This document shows positions 17,076-27,180 of a stretch of DNA of 64,000 nucleotides, piece by piece. The position numbers and the translations under genes were made by a program. Location: NCBI GenBank assembly GCA_963837715.1, contig CAWIOF010000003.1, positions 181,366-245,365 of the forward strand, written 5' to 3'. The notes below the pieces were generated by a model. That model did not search any database and had not been told where the DNA came from. It saw only the letters and a list, made by a program, of their open reading frames with translations. How positions within the stretch are numbered: position 1 is the stretch's first letter; each line of letters begins with the position of its first letter. This DNA is from an uncultured Actinomycetes bacterium (GTDB lineage: Bacteria > Actinomycetota > Acidimicrobiia > IMCC26256 > JANYLB01).

Positions 17076-17555
17076 TTGGGACTCGTCGTCGGGTTCCTCA
17101 TCGTCGGGCTGGTGGTGGTCGTCGCGGCGGCGTTGGTCGTGCGCGAGGCCGGACGCTTGCGCGCCGATCCACCGCCCGCGGTGTTCGACATCGACGAGGC
17201 GTTCGACTGGGTCGTGCAGCACGTGCCCGACATCGTCGCCGCGACCCTGACGCCCGACGACGTCCGGCGCATCCTCGGATTCCAGCTCGAGTACTTCCAG
17301 CGCAAGGGCGTGTCGGTGAACGGTTCGACCCCTCACCCGCGGGCGCCGGTCGTGATCGGCGGCGCCGAGACCGTCGACTACATCCTCGAGCGGTCGGCGG
17401 CGACGGGTGAGGCGTACCTCCCCGAACAGGTCCATGCGGTCGTGGAGACGCAGCTGACGTACCTGCGGGCGATCGGCGCAGTGGGTGCTCCCGCCGGTCC
17501 CGACGACCCCCGACCGGAGGGCCCCCGCCGCGAAAATCCGCCCGGGGATGCTTGA
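17076..17555 (+). CDS. Hypothetical membrane-anchored protein
   Basis: TTG start, N-terminal TM helix (LVVGFLIVGLVVVVAAALVV), then a soluble domain of about 120 aa. No family recognised. Confidence 0.5.
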   Translation: MGLVVGFLIVGLVVVVAAALVVREAGRLRADPPPAVFDIDEAFDWVVQHVPDIVAATLTPDDVRRILGFQLEYFQRKGVSVNGSTPHPRAPVVIGGAETVDYILERSAATGEAYLPEQVHAVVETQLTYLRAIGAVGAPAGPDDPRPEGPRRENPPGDA

Positions 17556-17760
17556 CCCGCGTGATAGGTGTGTTCCACCAGGGAAAGGAGGTGGTCCATC
17601 ACATGCATGATCAACATGGGACCCTGGAGGTGCGCGGCCGCTAGGCCGGTAGCTCGCTGGACCGCCAAGCGGAGATCCTCCGCTGCGCCGCCGTCGAACG
17701 GGTCAGGAGTTGGTCCCGCCTGAGCGTTCCCCGAAGACGGAGACAACCAGCACAGTGTTG

Positions 17761-17790
17761 ATCGGAGGGCCGTCCGTACGGCCCTCCGAT
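17761..17790 (+). terminator. Perfect 12-bp hairpin in a 320-bp non-coding gap
   Basis: ATCGGAGGGCCG-TCCGTA-CGGCCCTCCGAT. No clear U-tract, and orientation of use is unknown. Confidence 0.3.
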
Positions 17791-17878
17791 CGCGTCCGCT
17801 TGTAGTGTCGCCGTCATGTGGAGCGAACGGGCCCGCACCTGCGATCTCCAGATCGACGAGTGAGCGGAGCAATCAGAG

Positions 17879-18067
17879 ATGGCGGAACGACCGACGCGCT
17901 TCGAAGAGCACCGCTTCATCGGCGACAAGCGGAACCAGCGGCTCTACGACCTCGACGATCCCGACCTGGAGCAGTCGGTGGTCGACGAGCTGATGTCGGC
18001 CCAGACGTTCATCTGCTTCGGGCCCGACACCGAGGACGAGGCCCGCAACCGCTGCTACCGCCTCTGA
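17879..18067 (+). CDS. Small hypothetical protein (62 aa)
   Basis: ATG at 17879 lies about 9 nt after GGAGC. MAERPTRFEEHRFIGDKRNQRLYDLDDPDLEQSVVDELMSAQTFICFGPDTEDEARNRCYRL. The stop TGA is the first triplet of repeat copy 3. Confidence 0.5.
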   Translation: MAERPTRFEEHRFIGDKRNQRLYDLDDPDLEQSVVDELMSAQTFICFGPDTEDEARNRCYRL

Positions 18068-18147
18068 TGGTCGAATCCGCTGCGCCGGCTCGACCGCTCA
18101 CCCGTGCGGCGCCCACGCGGATCGTCCGCCGGCTCCGCTGCTTCTCC
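18065..18147 (+). repeat. Intergenic repeat family, copy 3
   Basis: TGATGGTCGAATCCGCTGCGCCGGCTCGACCGCTCACCC...GTCCGCCGGCTCCGCTGCTTCTCC. Confidence 0.85.
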
Positions 18148-18158
18148 TCTCTGACGGT

Positions 18159-18782
18159 CTAGCTCGCGGGCGGGTCGAGGCCGTCGGGGAGGGCGTCGCG
18201 GAGACCCTGCAGGCGGGCGTCGAAGGCGACGTCGGAGAGCGCGGGCTCGCTCGGGAGCGTCGTCGGGTCGTCGGGCAGGCCGTCCAGCGTGACCCACGAG
18301 GTGCAGCCGCCGTACTCGTCGCGGTAGGGGACCGTGATCGGCTCGGCGAGCCGGTGGACCCGGAGGGCCAGGATCCACAGCGGATCCCGTGACTTCCACT
18401 TGAGCCGTGCGGTCGCGTACTCGGTCGTCCAGATGAACCGGCTGTCGATCGCCGCGAGCTGATCGGGATCCGTGAGCGTCGCCACGCCCACGACGTCGGC
18501 CCACCCCGCGACGGTGATCGCCCGATCGGCCGGCTCGGTCGTGTCGACCCAGTGGCGGTACGCCGGCTTCACCAGTTCGGCCTCCTGGTGCACGAACGTC
18601 GGGTAGAGCCACAGTCGGGTCGACTCGAGACCGAAGTGACGGTGCTCCTCGCGGATGCCGCCCTTGCGCACGTCGACGATCTGCTCGCCGGCGAGGAGGG
18701 CGTGCACGATCGCCGCCCATTCCTTGAACGCCGGGGTGGGAGCGGTCGGGGTCGAAGCCCGAGGCGGAGCCGGTGTCGTCAC
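18159..18782 (-). CDS. DUF1802-like protein
   Basis: AFKEWAAIVHALLAGEQIVDVRKGGIREE..LWLYPTFVHQ matches my memory of DUF1802. GTG start at 18782, 207 aa. Confidence 0.55.
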   Translation of the reverse strand: MTTPAPPRASTPTAPTPAFKEWAAIVHALLAGEQIVDVRKGGIREEHRHFGLESTRLWLYPTFVHQEAELVKPAYRHWVDTTEPADRAITVAGWADVVGVATLTDPDQLAAIDSRFIWTTEYATARLKWKSRDPLWILALRVHRLAEPITVPYRDEYGGCTSWVTLDGLPDDPTTLPSEPALSDVAFDARLQGLRDALPDGLDPPAS

Positions 18783-18800
18783 ACTGTCAGGATACGCGGC

Positions 18801-19547
18801 GTGGACTCCTCGTTCGACTCCGACGGCTGCCAGATCGCCTCGTACTTCACCCGCCCGACCGGGACCGCCCGGGTGCCGGGAGTCGTGCTGTGCCACGGAT
18901 TCCCGGCCGGGCCGCGCGGATCGGTCACATCGGGACTCACGTACCCCGAGCTCGCCGACCGCCTCGCGCGCGACGCGGGCTGGGCGGTGCTGACGTTCAA
19001 CTTCCGGGGGACCGGCACGTCGACGGGCGACTTCTCGATCGAAGGATGGCTCGCCGACCAGCGGGCCGCGGTCGACCTGATGGAGTCGCGTGACGACGTG
19101 ATGGGGACCTGGATCGTGGGCTCGAGCCTCGGTGGGGCGCTCGCCATCCAGACTGCGGCGACCGACGAGCGCATCCGGGGTGTGGCGACGCTCGCCGCGC
19201 CCGCGGTGCTGCGCGACTGGGCCCGTGATCCGGCGCGCTTCCTCGAGCACGCCCGGAGCCTCGGGGTGTTCCGCACACCGGGGTTCCCGCCGAGTCCGTC
19301 GGCGTGGATCCGCACGATCGCCGAGTTCGATGCCGCGGCCATGGCCGTCAAGGTCCCACCGCGGCCGTTCCTGGTGCTCCACGGCTCGGCCGACGACGTC
19401 GTTCCCGTCGGCGACGCCCGCTTGCTCGCCGACGCCGCGCGCGGTTCGTCGGAGTTGCGCATCGTGCACGCCGCCGGCCACGGCCTGCGTCACGACCCCC
19501 GCGCGATCGCCGCCCTGTTGGGGTGGCTCGACCGGCAGTATCTCTAG
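18801..19547 (+). CDS. Alpha/beta hydrolase
   Basis: VVLCHGFP..NFRGTG..WIVGSSLGG (GxSxG nucleophile elbow)..LHGSADDVVP..GHGL. GTG start at 18801, only 18 bp from the divergent neighbour. Confidence 0.75.
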   Translation: MDSSFDSDGCQIASYFTRPTGTARVPGVVLCHGFPAGPRGSVTSGLTYPELADRLARDAGWAVLTFNFRGTGTSTGDFSIEGWLADQRAAVDLMESRDDVMGTWIVGSSLGGALAIQTAATDERIRGVATLAAPAVLRDWARDPARFLEHARSLGVFRTPGFPPSPSAWIRTIAEFDAAAMAVKVPPRPFLVLHGSADDVVPVGDARLLADAARGSSELRIVHAAGHGLRHDPRAIAALLGWLDRQYL

Positions 19548-19625
19548 GTCGAATCCGCTGCGCCGGCTCGATCGCTCACCGATCCACCTCCCGCGTCGGC
19601 TGTCCGCCGGCTCCGCTACTTCTCC
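19545..19625 (+). repeat. Intergenic repeat family, copy 4
   Basis: TAGGTCGAATCCGCTGCGCCGGCTCGATCGCTCACC...GTCCGCCGGCTCCGCTACTTCTCC. It starts on the hydrolase stop codon, and its last 10 nt overlap the 3' end of the convergent reductase gene. Confidence 0.85.
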
Positions 19626-20530
19626 TGGACCGTGCTCCCGCGGGCGGCTTCGAGGACGTCGGTGAGCGTGGTGGTGAGGTCGTACTCCGGTTGCCAGGCG
19701 GTGGCGGCGATCAATCGGCGGTTGTCGCCGACGAGGCGGGGGACCTCGACCGGGCGAACGAGCTCAGGATCGACCACGAGTCGGATCTCGTGCTTCGCCT
19801 GCGCGAGGAGGCCGGCTGCGATCTCCGACACCGCGGTGCCGCGCCCTGAGCACACGTTGTAGACCTCACCCGGCTCACCCTGTTCGACCATGAGGCGGTA
19901 CGCGCGCACGACGTCGCGAACGTCGGTGAGGTCACGGATCGCGTCGAGAGATCCCACGGGGATCTCGGTTGCGCCCGCCCGCTCGGCCTGCGCGATCCGC
20001 GCCGCGAGGGCAGGGACCAGGAACCGCGGCTCCTGGCCGGGGCCGGTGTGGTTGAACGGCCGGGCTCGGATCGCGCCCAGTCCGTCGCCGAGGAACGACT
20101 GCAGGGCGAGGAAGTCGCCGGCGACCTTGCTCGCGCCGTACGGCGTGACCGGACGGAGCGGCGCGTCCTCCGACAGGGGGAGGTCGTCGGGGTCGACCCG
20201 GCCGTACTCCTCGGCGCTGCCGACCACGAGGACGCGGTCGATCCCGAGGTCTACGCACGCCCGCAACACGTTCAGCGTGCCTTCGGCGTTCACGCGGAAC
20301 GCGGTGGCGGGTGCGTTCCACGATTCCCCGACGTGGCTGAGGGCGGCGAGGTGATAGACGGCATCGGGCCGAGCGGTCTCGAACGCCCCGCGCACGGAGT
20401 CGGGCTCGGTGACGTCGAAGGCGATCGGACCGCGACGGTCGAGGGCGACGACGGTGTCGCCGCGCGCTTCGAGATGGGCCGCGAGGTGGGGTCCGACGAA
20501 TCCCCTCGCGCCGGTGATCACCGCCCGCAT
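19616..20530 (-). CDS. NAD(P)-dependent sugar-nucleotide reductase/epimerase, Rmd-like (GDP-4-keto-6-deoxymannose reductase family)
   Basis: MRAVITGARGFVGPHL (Rossmann), TPYGASKVAGD (YxxxK), RPFNHTGPGQ, VGSLDAIRDLTDVRDVVRAY. 304 aa. Confidence 0.75.
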   Translation of the reverse strand: MRAVITGARGFVGPHLAAHLEARGDTVVALDRRGPIAFDVTEPDSVRGAFETARPDAVYHLAALSHVGESWNAPATAFRVNAEGTLNVLRACVDLGIDRVLVVGSAEEYGRVDPDDLPLSEDAPLRPVTPYGASKVAGDFLALQSFLGDGLGAIRARPFNHTGPGQEPRFLVPALAARIAQAERAGATEIPVGSLDAIRDLTDVRDVVRAYRLMVEQGEPGEVYNVCSGRGTAVSEIAAGLLAQAKHEIRLVVDPELVRPVEVPRLVGDNRRLIAATAWQPEYDLTTTLTDVLEAARGSTVQEK

Positions 20531-20558
20531 GTCGCCACCTTCGTGCACGTTTGACACC

Positions 20559-21693
20559 TCATGCGCCGGCCACCACCGGTCGTCCGGCCGCATATCGGTA
20601 CGCGTCGAGGTGGACGGCTGCCGAAGCCTCCCACGTGTACTCCGCAGCGCGGGCCGGACCCCGCAGGCCCAGATCGATGCGGGCGTGGGGATCGGCGAGC
20701 AACCAGTCGAGCGCCGCGGCGAGCGCGTCGACGTCGCCGGGAGGTACCAGCAGCGCCGCATCGCCCACGACCTCCTCGACGGCGGAGCCGGTCGTGCTGA
20801 TGAGGGCGGCCCCGCAAGCGAGTGCTTCGAGGGCGGGGAGACCGAACCCCTCGACGAGCGAGGGGTACGCCACCACCTCGGCGTTGCGCAGGAGGACCGG
20901 CACGGTGTCGGCAGGGATGTAGCCCGGTCGGAGGATCCGGCTCGCCACACCGCTCGCGGCGACGGCGTCTCGCACGGCGTCGGCTCCCCAGCCGTCGCCA
21001 CCGGCGAGGACGAGGCGGAGGTTCGGGCGATCGGCCGACACGCGCGGCGAACGCGCGCACCAGCGCGGGGACGTCCTTGCGGGGTTCGAGGAGCCCGACG
21101 AACGCGACGTAGGGCGACCGCACGCCGACGGCCCGGAGCCGCTCGGCTTCGTCGGGGGCGGGGTCGGTGCCGAAGCGTTCGTGGTCGACGCCGTGAGGGG
21201 CCACGAACACCCGTGCCGCAGGATCGAACCGCCGACGGACGCCCGATGCCGTGCATGCGCTCACCGCGACGACCGCGCTCGCGTGCTCGACGGCTCGGGG
21301 GATCATCTGCTGGAAGTACGCGACCTTCGTCCGCTCGTGCCACTCCGGATGATCGAAGAACGTGAGGTCGTGCACGGTCACGACGCTCGGGACCGTCGCT
21401 CGGAGGGGTGTCGAGTAGTGCGGTCCGTGCCACACGTCGATCCCCGAGTCCCGCGCCAGCTGCGGCGCCCGCGCCTGTTCCCACACGAGTCGTGCCGGTC
21501 GGTTCGTGGGGGCCACCGCGTGCACCGTGGCGGCCGGCGCGAGCTCCGCCCAGCGGGGGGCATCGTCGCTGCGAGCGAGCAGGGAGAGCTCGGCTTCGCC
21601 GCTCCGATCGAGGGCTGCGACGAGCTCGACGGTGTACTTCCCGGCCCCGACGGGTTCGCGGGGGACGGCCGAGACGTCGACGAGCACGTGCAT
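20559..21693 (-). pseudogene. GT4 glycosyltransferase, apparent 1-nt frameshift near 21036-21050
   Basis: The N-terminal half (MHVLVDVSAVPREPVGAGKYTVEL..LEPRKDVPALVRAFAAR) and the C-terminal half (SADRPNLRLVLAGG..YPSLVEGFGLPALEALACG) are in different frames. The junction is GCCGCGCGTGTC. 1135 nt equals 378 codons plus 1 nt. Confidence 0.8.
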
Positions 21694-21703
21694 CCTCCGG
21701 AGC

Positions 21704-22795
21704 CTAGGCATTGCCGCCCGCCCTGCTCATCGCTTCTGCGTACGCCTCACGGTGGCGCTCGGCCGACGTCGACCACGTGAAGTGGGCGGCGCGGGTCAGG
21801 CCCCGTTCGGTGAGCGTCTTGCGGGCGTCGGGGTCGCCGAGCAGGAGGTCCAACCCCTCGGCCCATTCGCCCACGCTCCCCGGCGGGACGAGCAGCCCGG
21901 CATCACCCACGACCTCCGGAAGGCTCGCGGCATCTGCCGCGATGACCGGACAGCTCCGTGCCATCGCCTCGAGCACAGGGAGACCGAAGCCCTCGTAGCG
22001 AGAGGGCATCGCGTAGAGCGTCGCCCGCCGATAGAGCGCGTCGAGTGCGGCCTCGTCGACCGCTCCGAGCTCGCGTACCCACGGCCGTTCGAGACCATCG
22101 ACCTCGAGCCAGCCGCGCGGCCCGGCGAGCACGAGCGTGACGTTGGGGTGTTCCCGCCGCGTCCGTTCGAGCGCCGCGGCGAGGATCGGGAGGTTCTTGC
22201 GCGGCTCGATGGTCCCGACCGCGAGGACGAACGGAGGTTGCACTCCGAGACGGCGGAGGTGACTGTCGATCGTGGCGGCGTCGGGCTCGTAGGCGAGCGT
22301 CACACCGTGATGGGCGACCGTGAGCGCGTCGGCAGCGAACCCCTCGGAGATGAGCTCCTGGCGGGTGAACTCCGACGGCGAGACCACGACGTCGGCGTAC
22401 CGACGGGCGAGTGCGAGACCACGCCGGTGGAAGTCGAGCCCCCGTCTCGTGAACGCTTCCGGGTGGTGGAGGAACGCGACGTCGTTCACGGTGACCACCA
22501 GTGGGCGGCGCGTGGGTGGCACCGCGAGGCTCGGAGCATGGACGACATCGGCCGCGATGTCGACCAGGGGGCGCCGGACCCGGTGCCACACCTCATATCG
22601 GATCGGGGCGTTCGGCCAGCCGAGCGAGACGAAACCGGGGAGCTCGTCGACGAGGCGACCGGTCGGGTTGCCGGCGGCGAAGGGCACGACCTCGGTTCCG
22701 CCGGCCCGGAGGGCACGGAAGAGCTCGTACACGTAGCGACCGATCCCACCGGGCACGGGCTGGAACAGCTGTCCGACGTGGAGCGCGACGTTCAC
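21704..22795 (-). CDS. GT4 glycosyltransferase (mannosyltransferase-like)
   Basis: [36 protein letters not shown] (E-x7-E region). 363 aa. Confidence 0.85.
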   Translation of the reverse strand: MNVALHVGQLFQPVPGGIGRYVYELFRALRAGGTEVVPFAAGNPTGRLVDELPGFVSLGWPNAPIRYEVWHRVRRPLVDIAADVVHAPSLAVPPTRRPLVVTVNDVAFLHHPEAFTRRGLDFHRRGLALARRYADVVVSPSEFTRQELISEGFAADALTVAHHGVTLAYEPDAATIDSHLRRLGVQPPFVLAVGTIEPRKNLPILAAALERTRREHPNVTLVLAGPRGWLEVDGLERPWVRELGAVDEAALDALYRRATLYAMPSRYEGFGLPVLEAMARSCPVIAADAASLPEVVGDAGLLVPPGSVGEWAEGLDLLLGDPDARKTLTERGLTRAAHFTWSTSAERHREAYAEAMSRAGGNA

Positions 22796-23889
22796 AGGAG
22801 CGACCCGTAGAGCGCGACCGCTTCGGCGGCCGCGCGCTCCCAGGTGAACCGCGCCGCACGTTCGGTGCCGAGCGCGACGAGGCGGGCGACCCGCGTCGCG
22901 TCATCCAGGAGCTCCTGCAACGCGGCCGAGAGCGCGTCGACGTCGTCGGGATCGACGAGTATCGCCGCGTCGCCGACGATCTCGGGGATGGCGCCGGCTC
23001 GGGCCGCGACCACCGGGGTGCCGGCGGCCATCGCCTCGAGTGGCGGGAGCCCGAAGCCTTCGTAGATCGAGGGATAGGCGAAGACGCTCGCACCAGCGAG
23101 CAGGTCGCGGCGTCCGCGCTCGTCGACCCATCCGAGGCGATGGACCCGACGGCGGTGCCGGGCGCGCGCGACTGCTTCGGTGAACGCGTCGGTGCCCCAA
23201 CCATCGGGTCCGACGACGACGAGACGGATCTCCGGATCGGCACCCGCGATCGCGTCGAACGCGGCCACGAGCATCGGGAGGTTCTTGCGAGGTTCGATCG
23301 TGCCGAGAGCGAGGACGAAGCGCTCGGCGCCGGCTCGGCGCCGACCCGCGTCGGCGTCGCCGCCCTGCGTCGGAGCGAGGCCCGAGTAGATGCGGGTCAC
23401 GCGATCGGCCGGGAGGTGGAACTCCTCCCGTGCCTCGGCGCCGATGAAGTCGCTCGGCACGTGGAGGTGCGCCCCCCGGTCGAGCGCCCGCTGGATCGCG
23501 CCGGTGTACCGCAGGGTGTCGGGTGTGCAGAGCTCCGGGAAGCGGACGAACGTCAGGTCGTGGACCATGGCGATCACCGGGACGCGCGCCGGCGGCGCGA
23601 CGAAGTTCAACGCGTGCACCACGTCGACCTTCCCGGTCCACCGTTCGATGCCGGGTTCCGGGAAGCGTTGCCAGAGCTCGCGGACGAGGCGGGCCGGGAA
23701 CGGCCGGGTCGCGACCGGTACCGACGGTGGAACGACCGCGGCGAGTTCGCCTCGACCGGCCCACGTGACCGCATAGGCAACCGGCTCGACATCCGACCGT
23801 TCGGCCAGCGCACCGAGCAGACCGGCGACGACCTCTCCGACTCCGGTACGCGCGCCCAACAGCGGCGTGCCGTCGAGCGCAACTCGCAT
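22792..23889 (-). CDS. GT4 glycosyltransferase (mannosyltransferase-like)
   Basis: [28 protein letters not shown]. 365 aa. 4-nt overlap with the downstream GT4 gene. Confidence 0.85.
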   Translation of the reverse strand: MRVALDGTPLLGARTGVGEVVAGLLGALAERSDVEPVAYAVTWAGRGELAAVVPPSVPVATRPFPARLVRELWQRFPEPGIERWTGKVDVVHALNFVAPPARVPVIAMVHDLTFVRFPELCTPDTLRYTGAIQRALDRGAHLHVPSDFIGAEAREEFHLPADRVTRIYSGLAPTQGGDADAGRRRAGAERFVLALGTIEPRKNLPMLVAAFDAIAGADPEIRLVVVGPDGWGTDAFTEAVARARHRRRVHRLGWVDERGRRDLLAGASVFAYPSIYEGFGLPPLEAMAAGTPVVAARAGAIPEIVGDAAILVDPDDVDALSAALQELLDDATRVARLVALGTERAARFTWERAAAEAVALYGSLL

Positions 23890-23985
23890 CGGCTGATCCT
23901 AGGAGGCAGGACGTGCACGAGCTCTTCCATCAGGGAAGAATGCGGCGAGTCGGGGCACGCGTCGCGTGAGGAGGAGTTGTCGGCC

Positions 23986-25443
23986 GTGGAACAGATCGGG
24001 ACAGGCCGGTGCCTCTCGGTGGTGGTGCCCTGCTACAACGAGGCCGCGACCGTCGTCGAGGTCCTCCACCGGGTGCTGCGTTCACCGTTCGTCGCCGAGA
24101 TCGTCGTGGTCGACGACGGCAGCACCGACGGCACGCCGGAGCTCGCCGACTCCGTGGGTGATCCACGGATCCGGGTGTTTCGTCAACCGGTGAACCTCGG
24201 CAAGGGCGCGGCGTTGCGGCGCGGCTTCCAGGAGGTCACGTCCGACTACGTGATCATCCAGGACGCCGATCTCGAGTACGACCCCGAGGAGTACGGCGCG
24301 GTACTCGCCCCACTCGTCGACGGCCGCGCCGACGTGGTGTACGGCTCGCGGTTCGTCGGCGCCGGCGCGCACCGGGTCCTCTACTACTGGCACTCGGTCG
24401 GGAACCGGTTCCTCACGACGACGTCGAACATGCTCACGAACCTGAACCTCACCGACATGGAGACGTGTTACAAGGCGTTCCGACGTGAGGTCATCCAGGC
24501 CGTCGACATCCAAGAGGACCGTTTCGGCTTCGAGCCCGAGATCACGGCGAAGGTGGCGCGCCAGGGTTGTCGCATCTTCGAAGTCGGCATCTCGTACTCC
24601 GGGCGGACGTACGACGAGGGGAAGAAGATCGGTTGGCGCGACGGCGTCCGAGCGCTCTACAGCATCGTGCGCTACTCCCCGTTGTACGAGCGCATGGGTG
24701 GCCGCGGTGGTCCGCGCGCCGAGGCGACGGCCGAGTTCGACGAGTCCGATGCGGAGCTCGCCGGGGTCCTCGATTCACTCGCCGACGCCGACAACTACGC
24801 CGACTGGATCTACGACCTCTGCGAACCACACCTGGGGACGGAGGTGCTCGAGGTCGGTGCGGGCCACGGTGAGCTGACCGAACGGTTGGCCCCCGGACGC
24901 TTCGTCACGGCAGTCGACCTCTCGAAGCGCTGCGTCGAGGAACTGCAGGAGCGCTATGACCGGGCTGCCAACGTCGAGATCCGGCACGGCGACGTCACGG
25001 TGCTCGACGACGACCGCCGCTACGACTCCGTGGTGTTGATCAACGTGCTGGAGCACATCGCCGACGACCTCGGCGCGCTCCGGGACCTGCGCGCACGGTT
25101 GAAGCCGGGCGGCCGGCTGATCGTGTTCTCGCCGGCGTTCGACGGTCTCTACAGCGACTTCGACCGCAAGATCGGCCACCACCGTCGGTACCGGCGGTCG
25201 CAGCTCATCACGGTGGCCGACCGTGCCGGTCTCCGGCTCGTCGAGGCGCGCTACGTGAACTCGCTGGGCGCCTTCGCGTGGTGGTTGTTCGCCCGCCGTC
25301 TCGGCCAGACGCCGACGCAGGGCTGGTCGGTGAGGCTCTACGACCAGACCGTCGTCCCGGTGCTGCGTCGGATCGAGACGAAGCACATCCCGCGGTTCGG
25401 CCAGTCGGTGCTGCTCGTCGGCGAGAATCCCGACCCCGACTGA
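23986..25443 (+). CDS. Fusion protein: GT2 (DPM1/polyprenyl-phosphate glycosyltransferase-like) plus a class I SAM methyltransferase
   Basis: N-terminal [35 protein letters not shown] (DxD). C-terminal [34 protein letters not shown] at 23986 follows GAGGAGG. Confidence 0.8.
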   Translation: MEQIGTGRCLSVVVPCYNEAATVVEVLHRVLRSPFVAEIVVVDDGSTDGTPELADSVGDPRIRVFRQPVNLGKGAALRRGFQEVTSDYVIIQDADLEYDPEEYGAVLAPLVDGRADVVYGSRFVGAGAHRVLYYWHSVGNRFLTTTSNMLTNLNLTDMETCYKAFRREVIQAVDIQEDRFGFEPEITAKVARQGCRIFEVGISYSGRTYDEGKKIGWRDGVRALYSIVRYSPLYERMGGRGGPRAEATAEFDESDAELAGVLDSLADADNYADWIYDLCEPHLGTEVLEVGAGHGELTERLAPGRFVTAVDLSKRCVEELQERYDRAANVEIRHGDVTVLDDDRRYDSVVLINVLEHIADDLGALRDLRARLKPGGRLIVFSPAFDGLYSDFDRKIGHHRRYRRSQLITVADRAGLRLVEARYVNSLGAFAWWLFARRLGQTPTQGWSVRLYDQTVVPVLRRIETKHIPRFGQSVLLVGENPDPD

Positions 25444-25449
25444 CGCCCC

Positions 25450-26775
25450 TCAGATCTCGAGCGGTTCGCTCTCGATGCCCTGGACGAGGTCGTCGAGGTT
25501 GCCGGTCTTGCCGGAGCGGAGATCGCGGATCAAGAAGATGGTCATGACGAGCGCAGCCGACGCCGACCCGAACAGGAACGCGAGCTCCACCCGGAGGAAC
25601 AGGCTGCTGATCACCGTGACCACCCCGAGGAACACGAGCATCCCGATCAGCCAGCCGAACGTCTGGCGGGCGTGACCCTCGAGCGCGATCAGCGCCTGGG
25701 CGATCGTGAGGGCGATGATGAACATGCCGCTGCCCGTCGCGAGCAGGCCCAGGTTCGCGTTGCTGATGTCGAAGTCCTGGAAGAGGAGGTCGCCGACGGC
25801 GGGGCCGAGCGTGAACGCCAGCAGCGATCCGATCGCCGCGACCCCGACGACGACGACCATCAGTCGCTTCAGACCGGCCCGGAAGTCGTCGTGCTGACCC
25901 GCGCCGGCCAGACCGGCGAGCTTGGGTAGGAGCGTGCCCTGCACGGCCTGGAACAACAGGATCGGGATCCGGGCCATCACGAAGGCGGTGGTGAACGTCG
26001 CGGCCGCGGCCTTGTCGGCACTCGTCTCGAGGATGTTCACCGCGAGGAGAGGTGAGTAGCCGAGCAGCTGCATGAGCACCGAGCCGGCGAGCAGGAACCC
26101 GAGGGCGTTCGACAACTCGGAGTAGGGAGCGTCGGGTCCCGGCGTCAGGAGGCCCCGCTGACGCGACATCGCAACCAGCACCGCGACGAATGGGGCCAGT
26201 GCGAGACAGAGACCGTAGGCCCCTGCGTTGTCGACCCCGAACGCGACGAGCACCAGTGCTCCGGCGAGCCGGGCGACCCCTTCGACGGCGAGCATCTCGC
26301 CGTAGGGCCGGAAGCGACCGTTGCCCGACAGCGTCCCCCGTGCCATGTGGATGCAATAGAACCCGACGAGCCCGACCGCGAGCGCGATGACGAGGAGCTC
26401 GTCACCGTGGAAGAGCGTGTCGGTGAGCACGCCCGACAGTGCGAGGGTCGCGATCACCAGCACGACGCACAGCGCGCCGCCGAGCCGCGCGGCCTTGTGC
26501 ACGAGCGGTCCGCCACCGATGCCCTTGGCGCGCCGGTGGGCGACGGAGCGACCGACCTCCTGCTCCAACGGGAGGAAGAAGCCCGGCCCCGCGACGAAGA
26601 TCAGGCCCCAGAACGCACCGAACCCGGCCTTGCCGGCCTGCGGGAGCGCGTTCAGCGTGATGATCAGGAAGAGGTACGACGTGACCGAGGCGATGATGAG
26701 GCCCGCGCCGACCGCGAACGTGCCTTCGGGTACCGACTCACGAGCCCGACCGATGAGCTTCGCTCTGTGTGCCAA
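25450..26775 (-). CDS. Polysaccharide biosynthesis/flippase protein (Wzx/MOP superfamily-like)
   Basis: 441 aa, about 12-14 predicted TM helices, located within the glycan cluster. Assigned by topology and context only. Confidence 0.6.
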   Translation of the reverse strand: MAHRAKLIGRARESVPEGTFAVGAGLIIASVTSYLFLIITLNALPQAGKAGFGAFWGLIFVAGPGFFLPLEQEVGRSVAHRRAKGIGGGPLVHKAARLGGALCVVLVIATLALSGVLTDTLFHGDELLVIALAVGLVGFYCIHMARGTLSGNGRFRPYGEMLAVEGVARLAGALVLVAFGVDNAGAYGLCLALAPFVAVLVAMSRQRGLLTPGPDAPYSELSNALGFLLAGSVLMQLLGYSPLLAVNILETSADKAAAATFTTAFVMARIPILLFQAVQGTLLPKLAGLAGAGQHDDFRAGLKRLMVVVVGVAAIGSLLAFTLGPAVGDLLFQDFDISNANLGLLATGSGMFIIALTIAQALIALEGHARQTFGWLIGMLVFLGVVTVISSLFLRVELAFLFGSASAALVMTIFLIRDLRSGKTGNLDDLVQGIESEPLEI

Positions 26776-26935
26776 CTCCGTGTCCTGGCCCTCTTCGGGT
26801 CACCCGTCGACGCCCGGACCTCCCGGGAGCGGAACCCCAGCATACGGGGAGACCCGACCGCGACCGCGGGTTCGACGGTTGACCATCCCGGGACGGGTCC
26901 GGGCGTTGCGACCCGCCGGGTCGGGATGGGGGAGG

Positions 26936-27046
26936 ATGGAGGCGGTGAAGACCCGCACGTTGATCATCCTCGCCATCCTCACCGGCGCCTTGATCGTGGC
27001 GGCCGGTGTCGTCCAGATCGTGTTGGGGCGGTATGTGCAGAACTGA
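26936..27046 (+). CDS. Possible 36-aa single-pass membrane peptide
   Basis: MEAVKTRTLIILAILTGALIVAAGVVQIVLGRYVQN. GC3-rich codons. The GGAGG lies directly adjacent to the ATG, which is a suboptimal spacing. Confidence 0.25.
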   Translation: MEAVKTRTLIILAILTGALIVAAGVVQIVLGRYVQN

Positions 27047-27180
27047 CAGATCGACCACCGGGTTGCCCCGGTTCCGGGGCGTCCCGGCATCGGCGAGAAT
27101 GGTTTCGCGGCGCGAGGATCCCACGGCTCCCCTCGTGCACCTCCCCCCGAAGGGCCTCCCCCGGAAAGCAGGTGTCCACC

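Noticed and set aside
17556-17878. Known structured RNAs (SRP RNA, RNase P, tmRNA, 6C RNA, riboswitches)
   Set aside because: I compared the region by eye with the conserved cores I remember (GGAAGCAGCC of SRP, GAGGAAAGUCCGG of RNase P, C-rich 6C loops). None matches. It is kept only as an unclassified candidate.
22501-23985. N-terminal 495 aa of the 980-aa ORF 22501-25443
   Set aside because: This part is antisense to two GT4 genes. The genuine GT2 sequence begins at GTG 23986, which is preceded by an SD.
26347-27180. N-terminal part of the 742-aa ORF containing lpd
   Set aside because: It is antisense to the flippase gene or lies in intergenic sequence. The Lpd FAD-binding motif starts right after GTG 27181.
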